DNA from: the human T2T-CHM13v2.0 reference genome, Homo sapiens
Direction: 5' to 3' (one strand)
NCBI RefSeq assembly: GCF_009914755.1
Contig: NC_060940.1
DNA length: 64,000 nt
The notes beneath the pieces are model-generated. The model worked only from the letters and a program-made list of their open reading frames with translations. It did not search any database and had not been told where the DNA came from. A program made the position numbers and the translations under genes. The number at the start of each line of letters is the position of its first letter. Within the stretch, counting starts at the first letter, position 1. Shown here in pieces: positions 15,201-30,540 of this stretch.

Positions 15201-18200
15201 TCCATTTGATTCCATGCGACGGTGAGCAATTCGATTCAATTCCATGATGATTCTATTTGATTCAATTAGATGATGTTTCCATTCGAATCCATTCCATGAT
15301 TATTCCATTGGAATCCATTTGGCGATGATTCCATATGAGTCAATTCAATGATGATTCCATATGGGTCCGTTCGATGATAATTCCATTTGATTTCATTCGA
15401 TGCTTCTATTCTATTCCAGTCGATGATGATTCCGTTGGAGTCCATACGATGATTCCACTTGATTTCATTTGATGATGATTCCATTCGATGACGATTACAT
15501 TGGATTCCATTCTATGATTCCATTCAATTCCATTCGTTGATGATTCGATTCCATTCAATGATGATCCCATTTGAGTTCATTCGATGATTCTATTCGATTC
15601 CGTTCGATGGTGATTCAATTCTATTATATTGGATGATTCCACTCGATTCCATTTGATGATTATTCCATTGGAGTCCACTTAGTGAATCCTTTAGATTCTA
15701 CTCGACGATGATTCCATTCGAGTCCATTCGATGATACCATTCAATTCCATTCGTTGATGCTTCCATTCAAGTGCATTCGATGATATCATTCGATTCCATT
15801 TGATGATAATTCCATTTGATTCCATGCGATGATTCTATTCGATTCCATTCAATGATAATTCCATTCAATTCAGTGATTCCTCTGGACTCCATTTGATGAT
15901 GATTCCATTCAATGATTCCATTCGATTCTATTCGAAAATGATTCCATTTGAATCCATTTGATGATGATTCCATTAGATTCCATTTGATGATTCCATTCGA
16001 TTCCATTCGACGATGATTCCATTCGATTCCGTTTGATGATTCCATTCTATTCTATTCGATGATGATTCCATTCGATTCCATTCGATGATGATTGCATTCG
16101 ATTCCATTTGATGATTTCATTTGATTCCATTCGTTAATGATTTCGATCAATTCCATTCGATGATTCCATTCGATTCCATTCGATAATGATTACATCCGAG
16201 TCCATTCGATGATTCCCTTTGAGCCTGTTCGATAATTCCATTTGAGTCCAACCAATGATTCCATTCATTTCCATTCAATGATTCCATTCGAGTCCATTTG
16301 ATCATTCCGGTAGGGTCCATTCGATGTTGATTCCATTGGAGTGCATTCGATGATTCCATTCGAGTCCATTTTAGGATTTGATTCGAGTCCTTTCGATGAT
16401 TCCATTCGATTCCACTCGATGATGATTTCATTCGAGTCCATTCGACACTTCCAATCGATTCCATTTGATGATTCCATTCGAGTCTAATTGATGATTCCAT
16501 TCAATTCCATTCGATGATGATTCCGTACGATTCCATTCTGTGATGATTCCATGTGATTGCATTCAATGATGATTCCTTTCGATTGCATTCGATTATGATT
16601 CATTTCGTGTTCATTCTATGGTTCCACAGGTTTCCATTCGTGTCCATTCCATTATTCCATTCTATTCCATTTGAAGATGATTCCATTCGATTCCATTCAT
16701 TGGTGATTCCACTCAATTCCATTCAATGATTCCATTCCATTTCTTTCAACAATGATTCCATTAGTTTCTAATCGATGATCCACTTGATTCCATTTGACGA
16801 CGATTCCATTCTTGTCCATTCGATGATTCCATTTGATTCCATATGATGATGATTCCATTCGATTCCATACCATGATGATTCCATTCAAGTCCATTCAATG
16901 GTGATTCCATTCAATTCCATTCGATGATTCCTTTCGATTCCATTCGATGATGATGGCATTCGATTCCTTTCAATCATTCCCTTTGATTCCATTCAAAGGT
17001 GATTTCATTCAAGTCCATTCGATAATTGCATTCGATTCCATTCTATGATGATTCCATTCGAGTCCATTTGATGATTCCATTCAATTCAAGTCAATGATGA
17101 TTCCATTCGATTCCATTCGATGATTCCATTGGATTCCATTCGATGATGATTCCATTCAAATCCATTCGATAATTCAATTCAAGTCCATTCGATGATGATT
17201 CCAATCGAATCCATTCAAAGATTCCATTCAGTTCCATTCGATGATTCCCTTAGATTCCATTCGATGATTCCACTTGATTGCATTTACGATGATTCCATTC
17301 GATTCCATGTGATGATTCCATTCAATTCTATTCAATGATGTCTCCATTTGATTCCATTCGACCATGATTGCCTTTGATTCCATTCAATGATTCCATTCGG
17401 TTCCGTTTGATGATGATTCCGTTCGATTCCATTTGATGATTCCATTTGATTCCATTGGATGAGTCCATTTGATTACATTCGATGATTATTCCATTCGAGT
17501 GCATTAGATGATTCCATTCGAGTCCATTCGATGATTCCATTCGATTCCATTCGATGTTGATTCTGTTCAAATCCATTCGATGATTCCACTCGATTCCATT
17601 CAATGACTCCATTTGATCCCATTCGATGATTTCCTTTGATTCCCTTTGATGATCATTCCATTTGATTCAATTCGGTGATTTCATTTGATTCCATTCAGCG
17701 ATGTTTCCATTCGACTCCATTCGATGATGATTCCATTCGACTCCATTCGATTATGATTTCATTCAATTCCATTCGATAATGATTCCCTTCGAGTCCATTC
17801 GATGATTCCATTCGATTCCATTCAACGATGATTTGATTCGTGTCCATTCGATGATTCCATTTGATTCCACTTGATGATGATTCCATTCGAGTCCATTTGA
17901 TGATTCCATTCAATTCCATACTCCGATGATTTCTTTTGAGCCCACTCAATGCTTCCACTCGATTCCATATGATGATGACTCCATTCGATGAAATTCGATG
18001 ATGATTCCATTCGCTTGCTTTCGATGATGATTCCACTTGAGTCCGTTAGAAGATTCTATTCAATTACATTCCATGACGATTCCGTTCGAGTCCATTTGAT
18101 GATTCCATTAGACTCCATTCGACGATGATTCCATTCGATGTTATTCGATGATTCCATTCGATCTCATTCGATGATGATTCCATTCAACTCCATTCGATGT

Positions 18201-18336
18201 TTCCATTCGAGTTCATTCTATTATTCCATTAGATTCCATTCGATGATGATTCCATTCGATTCCATTTGATGATTGCATTCTATTTCATTTGATGATGATT
18301 CCATTCGAGTCCACTCGATGATTCCATTCGAGTCCA
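12225..18336 (+). repeat. HSat2 unit 3 (6112 bp)
   Basis: Landmarks are offset +12224 (349->12573, 5471->17695). Confidence 0.95.
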
Positions 18337-21300
18337 TTTAATGAATCCATTGGTTTCAATTCTATGATGATTACATTGGATTCCATTCGTTGATGATTTC
18401 ATTCGGTTCCATTCAATGATGATTCCATTCAATTCCTTTCAATGTTTCCATTCAATTCCATACGATGATGATTCCATTTGATTTGATTCGACAGTGAGCC
18501 ATTCGATTCAATTCCATGATGATTCTATTTGATTCAATTGGTTGACATTTCCATTCGATTCCATTCGATGATGATTCCCTTTGATTCCGTTCAAAGATGA
18601 TTCCATTCTAGCCCATTCAATCATTCCATTCGATTCTATTCAATGATGATTCCATTCATGTCGATTTGGTGATTCCATTTGACTTCATTTGATGATGATT
18701 CCTTTCAAGTTCATTAGATGATTCCATTCGATTCCATTTGATGATGATCCCATTCGAGTCCATTCAGTGATTCCATTCGTTTCCATTCCATGATGATTCC
18801 ATTCCTTTCCATTCAATGATTCCATTCGATTCCGTTTGATGATGATTTCATTCGAGTCCATTTGATGATTCCATTTGATTCCATTCGATGATGATTCCAT
18901 TCGAGTCCATTCGATGATTCTATTCGAATCCATTTGATGATTTCTTTTGATTATATTTGGTGATGATTCCATTGGAGTCCATTCAATGATTCCATTCTAT
19001 TCCAATCGATGATGATTCCATTAGAGTCCATTTAATGATTCCATTTGATTCCAGTCTCTGATGATTACATTCGAGTCCATACGATGATTCCACTCAATTC
19101 CATATGATGATGATTCCATTCGGTGATTCCATTCTATTCTATTCAATGGTGATTCCATTCGAGTACATTAGATGATTCCATTCGATTCCATTCAATGATG
19201 ATTCTATTTGTGTCCCTTAGATGATTCCACATGATTCCATTAGATGATGATACTATTTGAGCCCATCCAATGATTCCCTTCGATTCCATTCGATGAGGAT
19301 TCCATTCGATTCAATTCATTGGTGATTCTATTCAATTCAATTCTTTGATTCCATTCCATTCCATTCGACAATGATTCCATTCGATTTCTTTCGATGATTC
19401 CACTCGATTCCACTTGACATTGATTCCATTCGATTCCATTCAATGATTCCATTTGATTCCAGTGGATGATGATTGCCATCGATTCCATTCGATCACTCCA
19501 TTCTATTCCATTTGATGATGATTACATTCGATTCCATTTGATGATTCCATCTGATTCTATTCGAGGATTCCATTTGATTCCATTCGATGATGATTCCATT
19601 CGAGTCCATTCGATGATTTCATTCGAGTACATCCAATGATTCCATTCGAGTCCATTAGATGATTCCATTTGATTCCATTTGAAAATGATTCTACTAGAGT
19701 CCATTCAATGACTCCATTCGAGTCCATTCAACAATTCCATTCGACTCCATTCGATGATTCCATTCGATTCCATTTGATGGTTCCATTCGAGTCCATTTAA
19801 TCATTACAGTCGAGTCCATTTGGTGATTCCACTGGATTTCTTTTGATAATGATACCATTCAATTACATTTGATGATGATCCCATTCAATTTCATTTGATG
19901 ATGATTCCATTAGAGTCCATTCGATGATTTCATTCGAGTCCCTTCATTGATTCCATCCGATTTCATTGGATGATGACTCCATTCGAGTCCATTCGATGAT
20001 TCCACTCGATTCCATTAGATGACTCCATTGGAGTCCATTTGATTGTTCCATTCGATTCCATTCGATTCCTTTCGAAGATTATTCCATTTGAGTCCATTCG
20101 ATGATGATTCCATTCCATTCCATTCGATGATTCCGTTTGATTCCATTCGATGATTCCCTTCGATTCCTTTCTGTGATGATTCCATTCCATTCCATTCAAT
20201 GATTCCATTCGAATCTATTCCATGATGATTCCTTTCGATTCCATTCGCTGATGTTTCCGTTCAATTCCATTCGATGATGATTCCATTCGATTCCATTCAT
20301 TGAGGATTCCATTTGATTCCATTCAATGATGATTCCATTCTATTCCATTCAATGATTGCATTCAATTCCATTCAATGATTATCCCCTTAGAGTAAACTCA
20401 ACGATTCCATTCAATACCATTCGATGATGATTCCTTTTGAGTCCACTCAATGATTTCATTCAAGTCCATTTGATGATTCCTTTCAATTCCATTCTATGAT
20501 GATTCCATTCGAGTCCATTCGATGATTTCATTCGATTGCATTCGATGATTCCATTATATTCCATTCAACGGTGATTCCATTCGAGTCCATTCCATGATTC
20601 CATTAGAGTACATTTAATGATTGCTTTGTTTTCAATTCGAAGATGATTACATTGGATTCCATTCTATGATACCATTCGATTCCATTCAATGATGATTCCA
20701 CTCAAATCCATTGGATGATTCCATTCGTGTCCATTCGGTGATTTCATTAGATTCCATTCGAGGATGATTCCATTCGATTCCATTCGATGATTCCATTCAA
20801 TTCCATTCGATGATGATTCCATTCCAGTCCATATGATCATTCCATTTGATTTCATTCGATGATGATTCCATTCGATTCGATTCGACGATTCCATTCTATT
20901 CCATTCGATGATGATTCCATTCGAGTCCATTCGATCATTCCATTCGAGTCCATTTAATGATTCCATTGGGTTCAATTCAATGATGATTACATTGGATTCC
21001 GTTCTATGATTCCATTCAATTCCGTTCATTGACAATTTGATTCCATTCGATGATGATTCCATTTGAGTTCATTCGATGATTCTATTCGATTCTCTTCGAT
21101 GGTGATTCAATTCTATTATATTGGATGATTCCATTCGATTCCATTTGATGTTGATTCAATTCGATTCTATTCGATGATGATTCCATTGGATTTCACTTGA
21201 TGATTCTATTCGATTCCATTCAATGATGATTCACTTCTCGTCCATTGGATGATTCCATTTCATTCCATTCGATGATGATTCCATTCGATTCCATTCGATG

Positions 21301-24300
21301 ATTCCATTTGATTCCATGCGACGGTGAGCAATTCGATTCAATTCCATGATGATTCTATTTGATTCAATTAGATGATGTTTCCATTCGAATCCATTCCATG
21401 ATTATTCCATTGGAATCCATTCGGCGATGATTCCATATGAGTCAATTCAATGATGATTCCATATGGGTCCGTTCGATGATAATTCCATTTGATTTCATTC
21501 GATGCTTCTATTCAATTCCAGTCGATGATGATTCCGTTGGAGTCCATACGATGATTCCATTTGATTTCATTTGATGATGATTCCATTCGATGATGATTAC
21601 ATTGGATTCCATTCTATGATTCCATTCAATTCCATTCGTTGATGATTCGATTCCATTCAATGATGATTCCATTTGAGTTCATTCGATGATTCTATTCGAT
21701 TCCGTTCGATGGTGATTCAATTCTATTATATTGGATGATTCCACTCGATTCCATTTGATGATTATTCCATTGGAGTCCACTTAGTGAATCCTTTAGATTC
21801 TACTCGACGATGATTCCATTCGAGTCCATTCGATGATACCATTCAATTCCATTCGTTGATGCTTCCATTCAAGTGCATTCGATGATATCATTCGATTCCA
21901 TTTGATGATAATTCCATTTGATTCCATGCGATGATTCTATTCGATTCCATTCAATGATAATTCCATTCAATTCAGTGATTCCTCTGGACTCCATTTGATG
22001 ATGATTCCATTCAATGATTCCATTCGATTCTATTCGAAAATGATTCCATTTGAATCCATTTGATGATGATTCCATTAGATTCCATTTGATGATTCCATTC
22101 GATTCCATTCGACGATGATTCCATTCGATTCCGTTTGATGATTCCATTCTATTCTATTCGATGATGATTCCATTCGATTCCATTCGATGATGATTGGATT
22201 CGATTCCATTTGATGATTTCATTTGATTCCATTCGTTAATGATTTCGATCAATTCCATTCGATGATTCCATTCGATTCCATTCGATAATGATTACATCCG
22301 AGTCCATTCGATGATTCCCTTTGAGCCTGTTCGATAATTCCATTTGAGTCCAACCAATGATTCCATTCATTTCCATTCAATGATTCCATTCGAGTCCATT
22401 TGATCATTCCGGTAGGGTCCATTCGATGTTGATTCCATTGGAGTGCATTCGATGATTCCATTCGAGTCCATTTTAGGATTTGATTCGAGTCCTTTCGATG
22501 ATTCCATTCGATTCCACTCGATGATGATTTCATTCGAGTCCATTCGACACTTCCAATCGATTCCATTTGATGATTCCATTCGAGTCCAATTGATGATTCC
22601 ATTCAATTCCATTCGATGATGATTCCGTACGATTCCATTCTGTGATGATTCCATGTGATTGCATTCAATGATGATTCCTTTCGATTGCATTCGATTATGA
22701 TTCATTTCGTGTTCATTCTATGGTTCCACAGGTTTCCATTCGTGTCCATTCCATTATTCCATTCTATTCCATTTGATGATGATTCCATTCGATTCCATTC
22801 ATTGGTGATTCCACTCAATTCCATTCAATGATTCCATTCCATTTCTTTCAACAATGATTCCATTAGTTTCTAATCGATGATCCACTTGATTCCATTTGAC
22901 GACGATTCCATTCTTGTCCATTCGATGATTCCATTTGATTCCATATGATGATGATTCCATTCGATTCCATACCATGATGATTCCATTCGAGTCCATTCAA
23001 TGGTGATTCCATTCAATTCCATTCGATGATTCCTTTTGATTCCATTCGATGATGATGGCATTCGATTCCTTTCGATCATTCCCTTTGATTCCATTCAAAG
23101 GTGATTTCATTCAAGTCCATTCGATAATTGCATTCGATTCCATTCTATGATGATTCCATTCGAGTCCATTTGATGATTCCATTCAATTCAAGTCAATGAT
23201 GATTCCATTCGATTCCATTCGATGATTCCATTGGATTCCATTCGATGATGATTCCATTCAAATCCATTCGATAATTCAATTCAAGTCCACTCGATGATGA
23301 TTCCAATCGAATCCATTCAAAGATTCCATTCAGTTCCATTCGATGATTCCCTTAGATTCCATTCGATGATTCCACTTGATTGCATTTACGATGATTCCAT
23401 TCGATTCCAAGTGATGATTCCATTCAATTCTATTCAATGATGTCTCCATTTGATTCCATTCGACCATGATTGCCTTTGATTCCATTCAATGATTCCATTC
23501 GGTTCCGTTTGATGATGATTCCGTTCGATTCCATTTGATGATTCCATTTGATTCCATTGGATGAGTCCATTCGATTACATTCGATGATTATTCCATTCGA
23601 GTGCATTAGATGATTCCATTCGAGTCCATTCGATGATTCCATTCGATTCCATTCGATGTTGATTCTGTTCAAATCCATTCGATGATTCCACTCGATTCCA
23701 TTCGTTGACTCCATTTGATCCCATTCGATGATTTCCTTTGATTCCCTTTGATGATCATTCCATTTGATTCAATTCGGTGATTTCATTTGATTCCATTCAG
23801 TGATGTTTCCATTCGACTCCATTCGATGATGATTCCATTCGACTCCATTCGATTATGATTTCATTCAATTCCATTCGATAATGATTCCCTTCGAGTCCAT
23901 TCGATGATTCCATTCGATTCCATTCAACGATGATTTGATTCGTGTCCACTCGATGATTCCATTTGATTCCACTTGATGATGATTCCATTCGAGTCCATTT
24001 GATGATTCCATTCAATTCCATACTCCGATGATTTCTTTTGAGCCCACTCAATGCTTCCACTCGATTCCATATGATGATGACTCCATTCGATGAAATTCGA
24101 TGATGATTCCATTCGCTTGCTTTCGATGATGATTCCACTTGAGTCCGTTAGAAGATTCTATTCAATTACATTCCATGACGATTCCGTTCGAGTCCATTTG
24201 ATGATTCCATTAGACTCCATTCGACGATGATTCCATTCGATGTTATTCGATGATTCCATTCGATCTCATTCGATGATGATTCCATTCAACTCCATTCGAT

Positions 24301-24438
24301 GTTTCCATTCGAGTTCATTCTATTATTCCATTAGATTCCATTCGATGATGATTCCATTCGATTCCATTTGATGATTGCATTCTATTTCATTTGATGATGA
24401 TTCCATTCGAGTCCACTCGATGATTCCATTCGAGTCCA
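18337..24438 (+). repeat. HSat2 unit 4 (6102 bp; 10-bp deletion)
   Basis: Offset changes from 18336 (349->18685) to 18326 (914->19240). One TGATTCCATT copy is missing at ~19111-19120. Confidence 0.93.
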
Positions 24439-27400
24439 TTTAATGAATCCATTGGTTTCAATTCTATGATGATTACATTGGATTCCATTCGTTGATGATT
24501 TCATTCGGTTCCATTCAATGATGATTCCATTCAATTCCTTTCAATGTTTCCATTCAATTCCATACGATGATGATTCCATTCGATTTGATTCGACAGTGAG
24601 CCATTCGATTCAATTCCATGATGATTCTATTTGATTCAATTGGTTGACATTTCCATTCGATTCCATTCGATGATGATTCCCTTTGATTCCGTTCAAAGAT
24701 GATTCCATTCTAGCCCATTCAATCATTCCATTCGATTCTATTCAATGATGATTCCATTCATGTCGATTTGGTGATTCCATTTGACTTCATTTGATGATGA
24801 TTCCTTTCAAGTTCATTAGATGATTCCATTCGATTCCATTTGATGATGATCCCATTCGAGTCCATTCAGTGATTCCATTCGTTTCCATTCCATGATGATT
24901 CCATTCCTTTCCATTCAATGATTCCATTCGATTCCGTTTGATGATGATTTCATTCGAGTCCATTTGATGATTCCATTTGATTCCATTCGATGATGATTCC
25001 ATTCGAGTCCATTCGATGATTCTATTCGAATCCATTTGATGATTTCTTTTGATTATATTTGGTGATGATTCCATTGGAGTCCATTCAATGATTCCATTCT
25101 ATTACAATCGATGATGATTCCATTAGAGTCCATTTAATGATTCCATTTGATTCCAGTCTCTGATGATTACATTCGAGTCCATACGATGATTCCACTCAAT
25201 TCCATATGATGATGATTCCATTCGGTGATTCCATTCTATTCTATTCAATGGTGATTCCATTCGAGTACATTAGATGATTCCATTCGATTCCATTCAATGA
25301 TGATTCTATTTGTGTCCCTTAGATGATTCCACATGATTCCATTAGATGATGATACTATTTGAGCCCATCCAATGATTCCCTTCGATTCCATTCGATGAGG
25401 ATTCCATTCGATTCAATTCATTGGTGATTCTATTCAATTCAATTCTTTGATTCCATTCCATTCCATTCGACAATGATTCCATTCGATTTCTTTCGATGAT
25501 TCCACTCGATTCCACTTGATATTGATTCCATTCGATTCCATTCAATGATTCCATTTGATTCCAGTGGATGATGATTGCCATCGATTCCATTCGATCACTC
25601 CATTCTATTCCATTTGATGATGATTACATTCGATTCCATTTGATGATTCCATCTGATTCTATTCGAGGATTCCATTTGATTCCATTCGATGATGATTCCA
25701 TTCGAGTCCATTCGATGATTTCATTCGAGTACATCCAATGATTCCATTCGAGTCCATTAGATGATTCCATTTGATTCCATTTGAAAATGATTCTACTAGA
25801 GTCCATTCAATGACTCCATTCGAGTCCATTCAACAATTCCATTCGACTCCATTCGATGATTCCATTCGATTCCATTTGATGGTTCCATTCGAGTCCATTT
25901 AATCATTACAGTCGAGTCCATTTGGTGATTCCACTGGATTTCTTTTGATAATGATACCATTCAATTACATTTGATGATGATCCCATTCAATTTCATTTGA
26001 TGATGATTCCATTAGAGTCCATTCGATGATTTCATTCGAGTCCCTTCATTGATTCCATCCGATTTCATTGGATGATGACTCCATTCGAGTCCATTCGATG
26101 ATTCCACTCGATTCCATTAGATGACTCCATTGGAGTCCATTTGATTGTTCCATTCGATTCCATTCGATTCCTTTCGAAGATTATTCCATTTGAGTCCATT
26201 CGATGATGATTCCATTCCATTCCATTCGATGATTCCGTTTGATTCCATTCGATGATTCCCTTCGATTCCTTTCTTTGATGATTCCATTCCATTCCATTCA
26301 ATGATTCCATTCGAATCTATTCCATGATGATTCCTTTCGATTCCATTCGCTGATGTTTCCGTTCAATTCCATTCGATGATGATTCCATTCGATTCCATTC
26401 ATTGAGGATTCCATTTGATTCCATTCAATGATGATTCCATTCTTTTCCATTCAATGATTGCATTCAATTCCATTCAATGATTATCCCCTTAGAGTAAACT
26501 CAACGATTCCATTCAATACCATTCGATGATGATTCCTTTTGAGTCCATTCAATGATTTCATTCAAGTCCATTTGATGATTCCTTTCAATTCCATTCTATG
26601 ATGATTCCATTCGAGTCCATTCGATGATTCCATTCGATTGCATTCGATGATTCCATTATATTCCATTCAACGGTGATTCCATTCGAGTCCATTCCATGAT
26701 TCCATTAGAGTACATTTAATGATTGCTTTGTTTTCAATTCGAAGATGATTACATTGGATTCCATTCTATGATACCATTCGATTCCATTCAATGATGATTC
26801 CACTCAAATCCATTGGATGATTCCATTCGTGTCCATTCGGTGATTTCATTAGATTCCATTCGAGGATGATTCCATTCGATTCCATTCGATGATTCCATTC
26901 AATTCCATTCGATGATGATTCCATTCCAGTCCATATGATCATTCCATTTGATTTCATTCGATGATGATTCCATTCGATTCCATTCGATGATTCCATTCTA
27001 TTCCATTCGATGATGATTCCATTCGAGTCCATTCGATGATTCCATTCGAGTCCATTTAATGATTCCATTGGGTTCAATTCAATGATGATTACATTGGATT
27101 CCGTTCTATGATTCCATTCAATTCCGTTCATTGACAATTTGATTCCATTCGATGATGATTCCATTTGAGTTCATTCGATGATTCTATTCGATTCTCTTCG
27201 ATGGTGATTCAATTCTATTATATTGGATGATTCCATTCGATTCCATTTGATGTTGATTCAATTCGATTCTATTCGATGATGATTCCATTGGATTTCACTT
27301 GATGATTCTATTCGATTCCATTCAATGATGATTCACTTCTCGTCCATTGGATGATTCCATTTCATTCCATTCGATGATGATTCCATTCGATTCCATTCGA

Positions 27401-30400
27401 TGATTCCATTTGATTCCATGCGACGGTGAGCAATTCGATTCAATTCCATGATGATTCTTTTTGATTCAATTAGATGATGTTTCCATTCGAATCCATTCCA
27501 TGATTATTCCATTGGAATCCATTTGGCGATGATTCCATATGAGTCAATTCAATGATGATTCCATATGGGTCCGTTCGATGATAATTCCATTTGATTTCAT
27601 TCGATGCTTCTATTCTATTCCAGTCGATGATGATTCCGTTGGAGTCCATACGATGATTCCACTTGATTTCATTTGATGATGATTCCATTCGATGACGATT
27701 ACATTGGATTCCATTCTATGATTCCATTCAATTCCATTCGTTGATGATTCGATTCCATTCAATGATGATCCCATTTGAGTTCATTCGATGATTCTATTCG
27801 ATTCCGTTCGATGGTGATTCAATTCTATTATATTGGATGATTCCACTCGATTCCATTTGATGATTATTCCATTGGAGTCCACTTAGTGAATCCTTTAGAT
27901 TCTACTCGACGATGATTCCATTCGAGTCCATTCGATGATACCATTCAATTCCATTCGTTGATGCTTCCATTCAAGTGCATTCGATGATATCATTCGATTC
28001 CATTTGATGATAATTCCATTTGATTCCATGCGATGATTCTATTCGATTCCATTCAATGATAATTCCATTCAATTCAGTGATTCCTCTGGACTCCATTTGA
28101 TGATGATTCCATTCAATGATTCCATTCGATTCTATTCGAAAATGATTCCATTTGAATCCATTTGATGATGATTCCATTAGATTCCATTTGATGATTCCAT
28201 TCGATTCCATTCGACGATGATTCCATTCGATTCCGTTTGATGATTCCATTCTATTCTATTCGATGATGATTCCATTCGATTCCATTCGATGATGATTGGA
28301 TTCGATTCCATTTGATGATTTCATTTGATTCCATTCGTTAATGATTTCGATCAATTCCATTCGATGATTCCATTCGATTCCATTCGATAATGATTACATC
28401 CGAGTCCATTCGATGATTCCCTTTGAGCCTGTTCGATAATTCCATTTGAGTCCAACCAATGATTCCATTCATTTCCATTCAATGATTCCATTCGAGTCCA
28501 TTTGATCATTCCGGTAGGGTCCATTCGATGTTGATTCCATTGGAGTGCATTCGATGATTCCATTCGAGTCCATTTTAGGATTTGATTCGAGTCCTTTCGA
28601 TGATTCCATTCGATTCCACTCGATGATGATTTCATTCGAGTCCATTCGACACTTCCAATCGATTCCATTTGATGATTCCATTCGAGTCCAATTGATGATT
28701 CCATTCAATTCCATTCGATGATGATTCCGTACGATTCCATTCTGTGATGATTCCATGTGATTGCATTCAATGATGATTCCTTACGATTGCATTCGATTAT
28801 GATTCATTTCGTGTTCATTCTATGGTTCCACAGGTTTCCATTCGTGTCCATTCCATTATTCCATTCTATTCCATTTGATGATGATTCCATTCGATTCCAT
28901 TCATTGGTGATTCCACTCAATTCCATTCAATGATTCCATTCCATTTCTTTCAACAATGATTCCATTAGTTTCTAATCGATGATCCACTTGATTCCATTTG
29001 ACGACGATTCCATTCTTGTCCATTCGATGATTCCATTTGATTCCATATGATGATGATTCCATTCGATTCCATACCATGATGATTCCATTCGAGTCCATTC
29101 AATGGTGATTCCATTCAATTCCATTCGATGATTCCTTTTGATTCCATTCGATGATGATGGCATTCGATTCCTTTCGATCATTCCCTTTGATTCCATTCAA
29201 AGGTGATTTCATTCAAGTCCATTCGATAATTGCATTCGATTCCATTCTATGATGATTCCATTCGAGTCCATTTGATGATTCCATTCAATTCAAGTCAATG
29301 ATGATTCCATTCAATTCCAATCGATGATTCCATTGGATTCCATTCGATGATGATTCCATTCAAATCCATTCGATAATTCAATTCAAGTCCATTCGATGAT
29401 GATTCCAATCGAATCCATTCAAAGATTCCATTCAGTTCCATTCGATGATTCCCTTAGATTCCATTCGATGATTCCACTTGATTGCATTTACGATGATTCC
29501 ATTCGATTCCATGTGATGATTCCATTCAATTCTATTCAATGATGTCTCCATTTGATTCCATTCGACCATGATTGCCTTTGATTCCATTCAATGATTCCAT
29601 TCGGTTCCGTTTGATGATGATTCCGTTCGATTCCATTTGATGATTCCATTTGATTCCATTGGATGAGTCCATTCGATTACATTCGATGATTATTCCATTC
29701 GAGTGCATTAGATGATTCCATTCGAGTCCATTCGATGATTCCATTCGATTCCATTCGATGTTGATTCTGTTCAAATCCATTCGATGATTCCACTCGATTC
29801 CATTCGTTGACTCCATTTGATCCCATTCGATGATTTCCTTTGATTCCATTTGATGATCATTCCATTTGATTCAATTCGGTGATTTCATTTGATTCCATTC
29901 AGTGATGTTTCCATTCGACTCCATTCGATGATGATTCCATTCGACTCCATTCGATTATGATTTCATTCAATTCCATTCGATAATGATTCCCTTCGAGTCC
30001 ATTCGATGATTCCATTCGATTCCATTCAACGATGATTTGATTCGTGTCCATTCGATGATTCCATTTGATTCCACTTGATGATGATTCCATTCGAGTCCAT
30101 TTGATGATTCCATTCAATTCCATACTCCGATGATTTCTTTTGAGCCCACTCAATGCTTCCACTCGATTCCATATGATGATGACTCCATTCGATGAAATTC
30201 GATGATGATTCCATTCGCTTGCTTTCGATGATGATTCCACTTGAGTCCGTTAGAAGATTCTATTCAATTACATTCCATGACGATTCCGTTCGAGTCCATT
30301 TGATGATTCCATTAGACTCCATTCGACGATGATTCCATTCGATGTTATTCGATGATTCCATTCGATCTCATTCGATGATGATTCCATTCAACTCCATTCG

Positions 30401-30540
30401 ATGTTTCCATTCGAGTTCATTCTATTATTCCATTAGATTCCATTCGATGATGATTCCATTCGATTCCATTTGATGATTGCATTCTATTTCATTTGATGAT
30501 GATTCCATTCGAGTCCACTCGATGATTCCATTCGAGTCCA
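24439..30540 (+). repeat. HSat2 unit 5 (6102 bp; same 10-bp deletion)
   Basis: Offset changes from 24438 to 24428. The deletion is at ~25213-25222. Confidence 0.93.
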
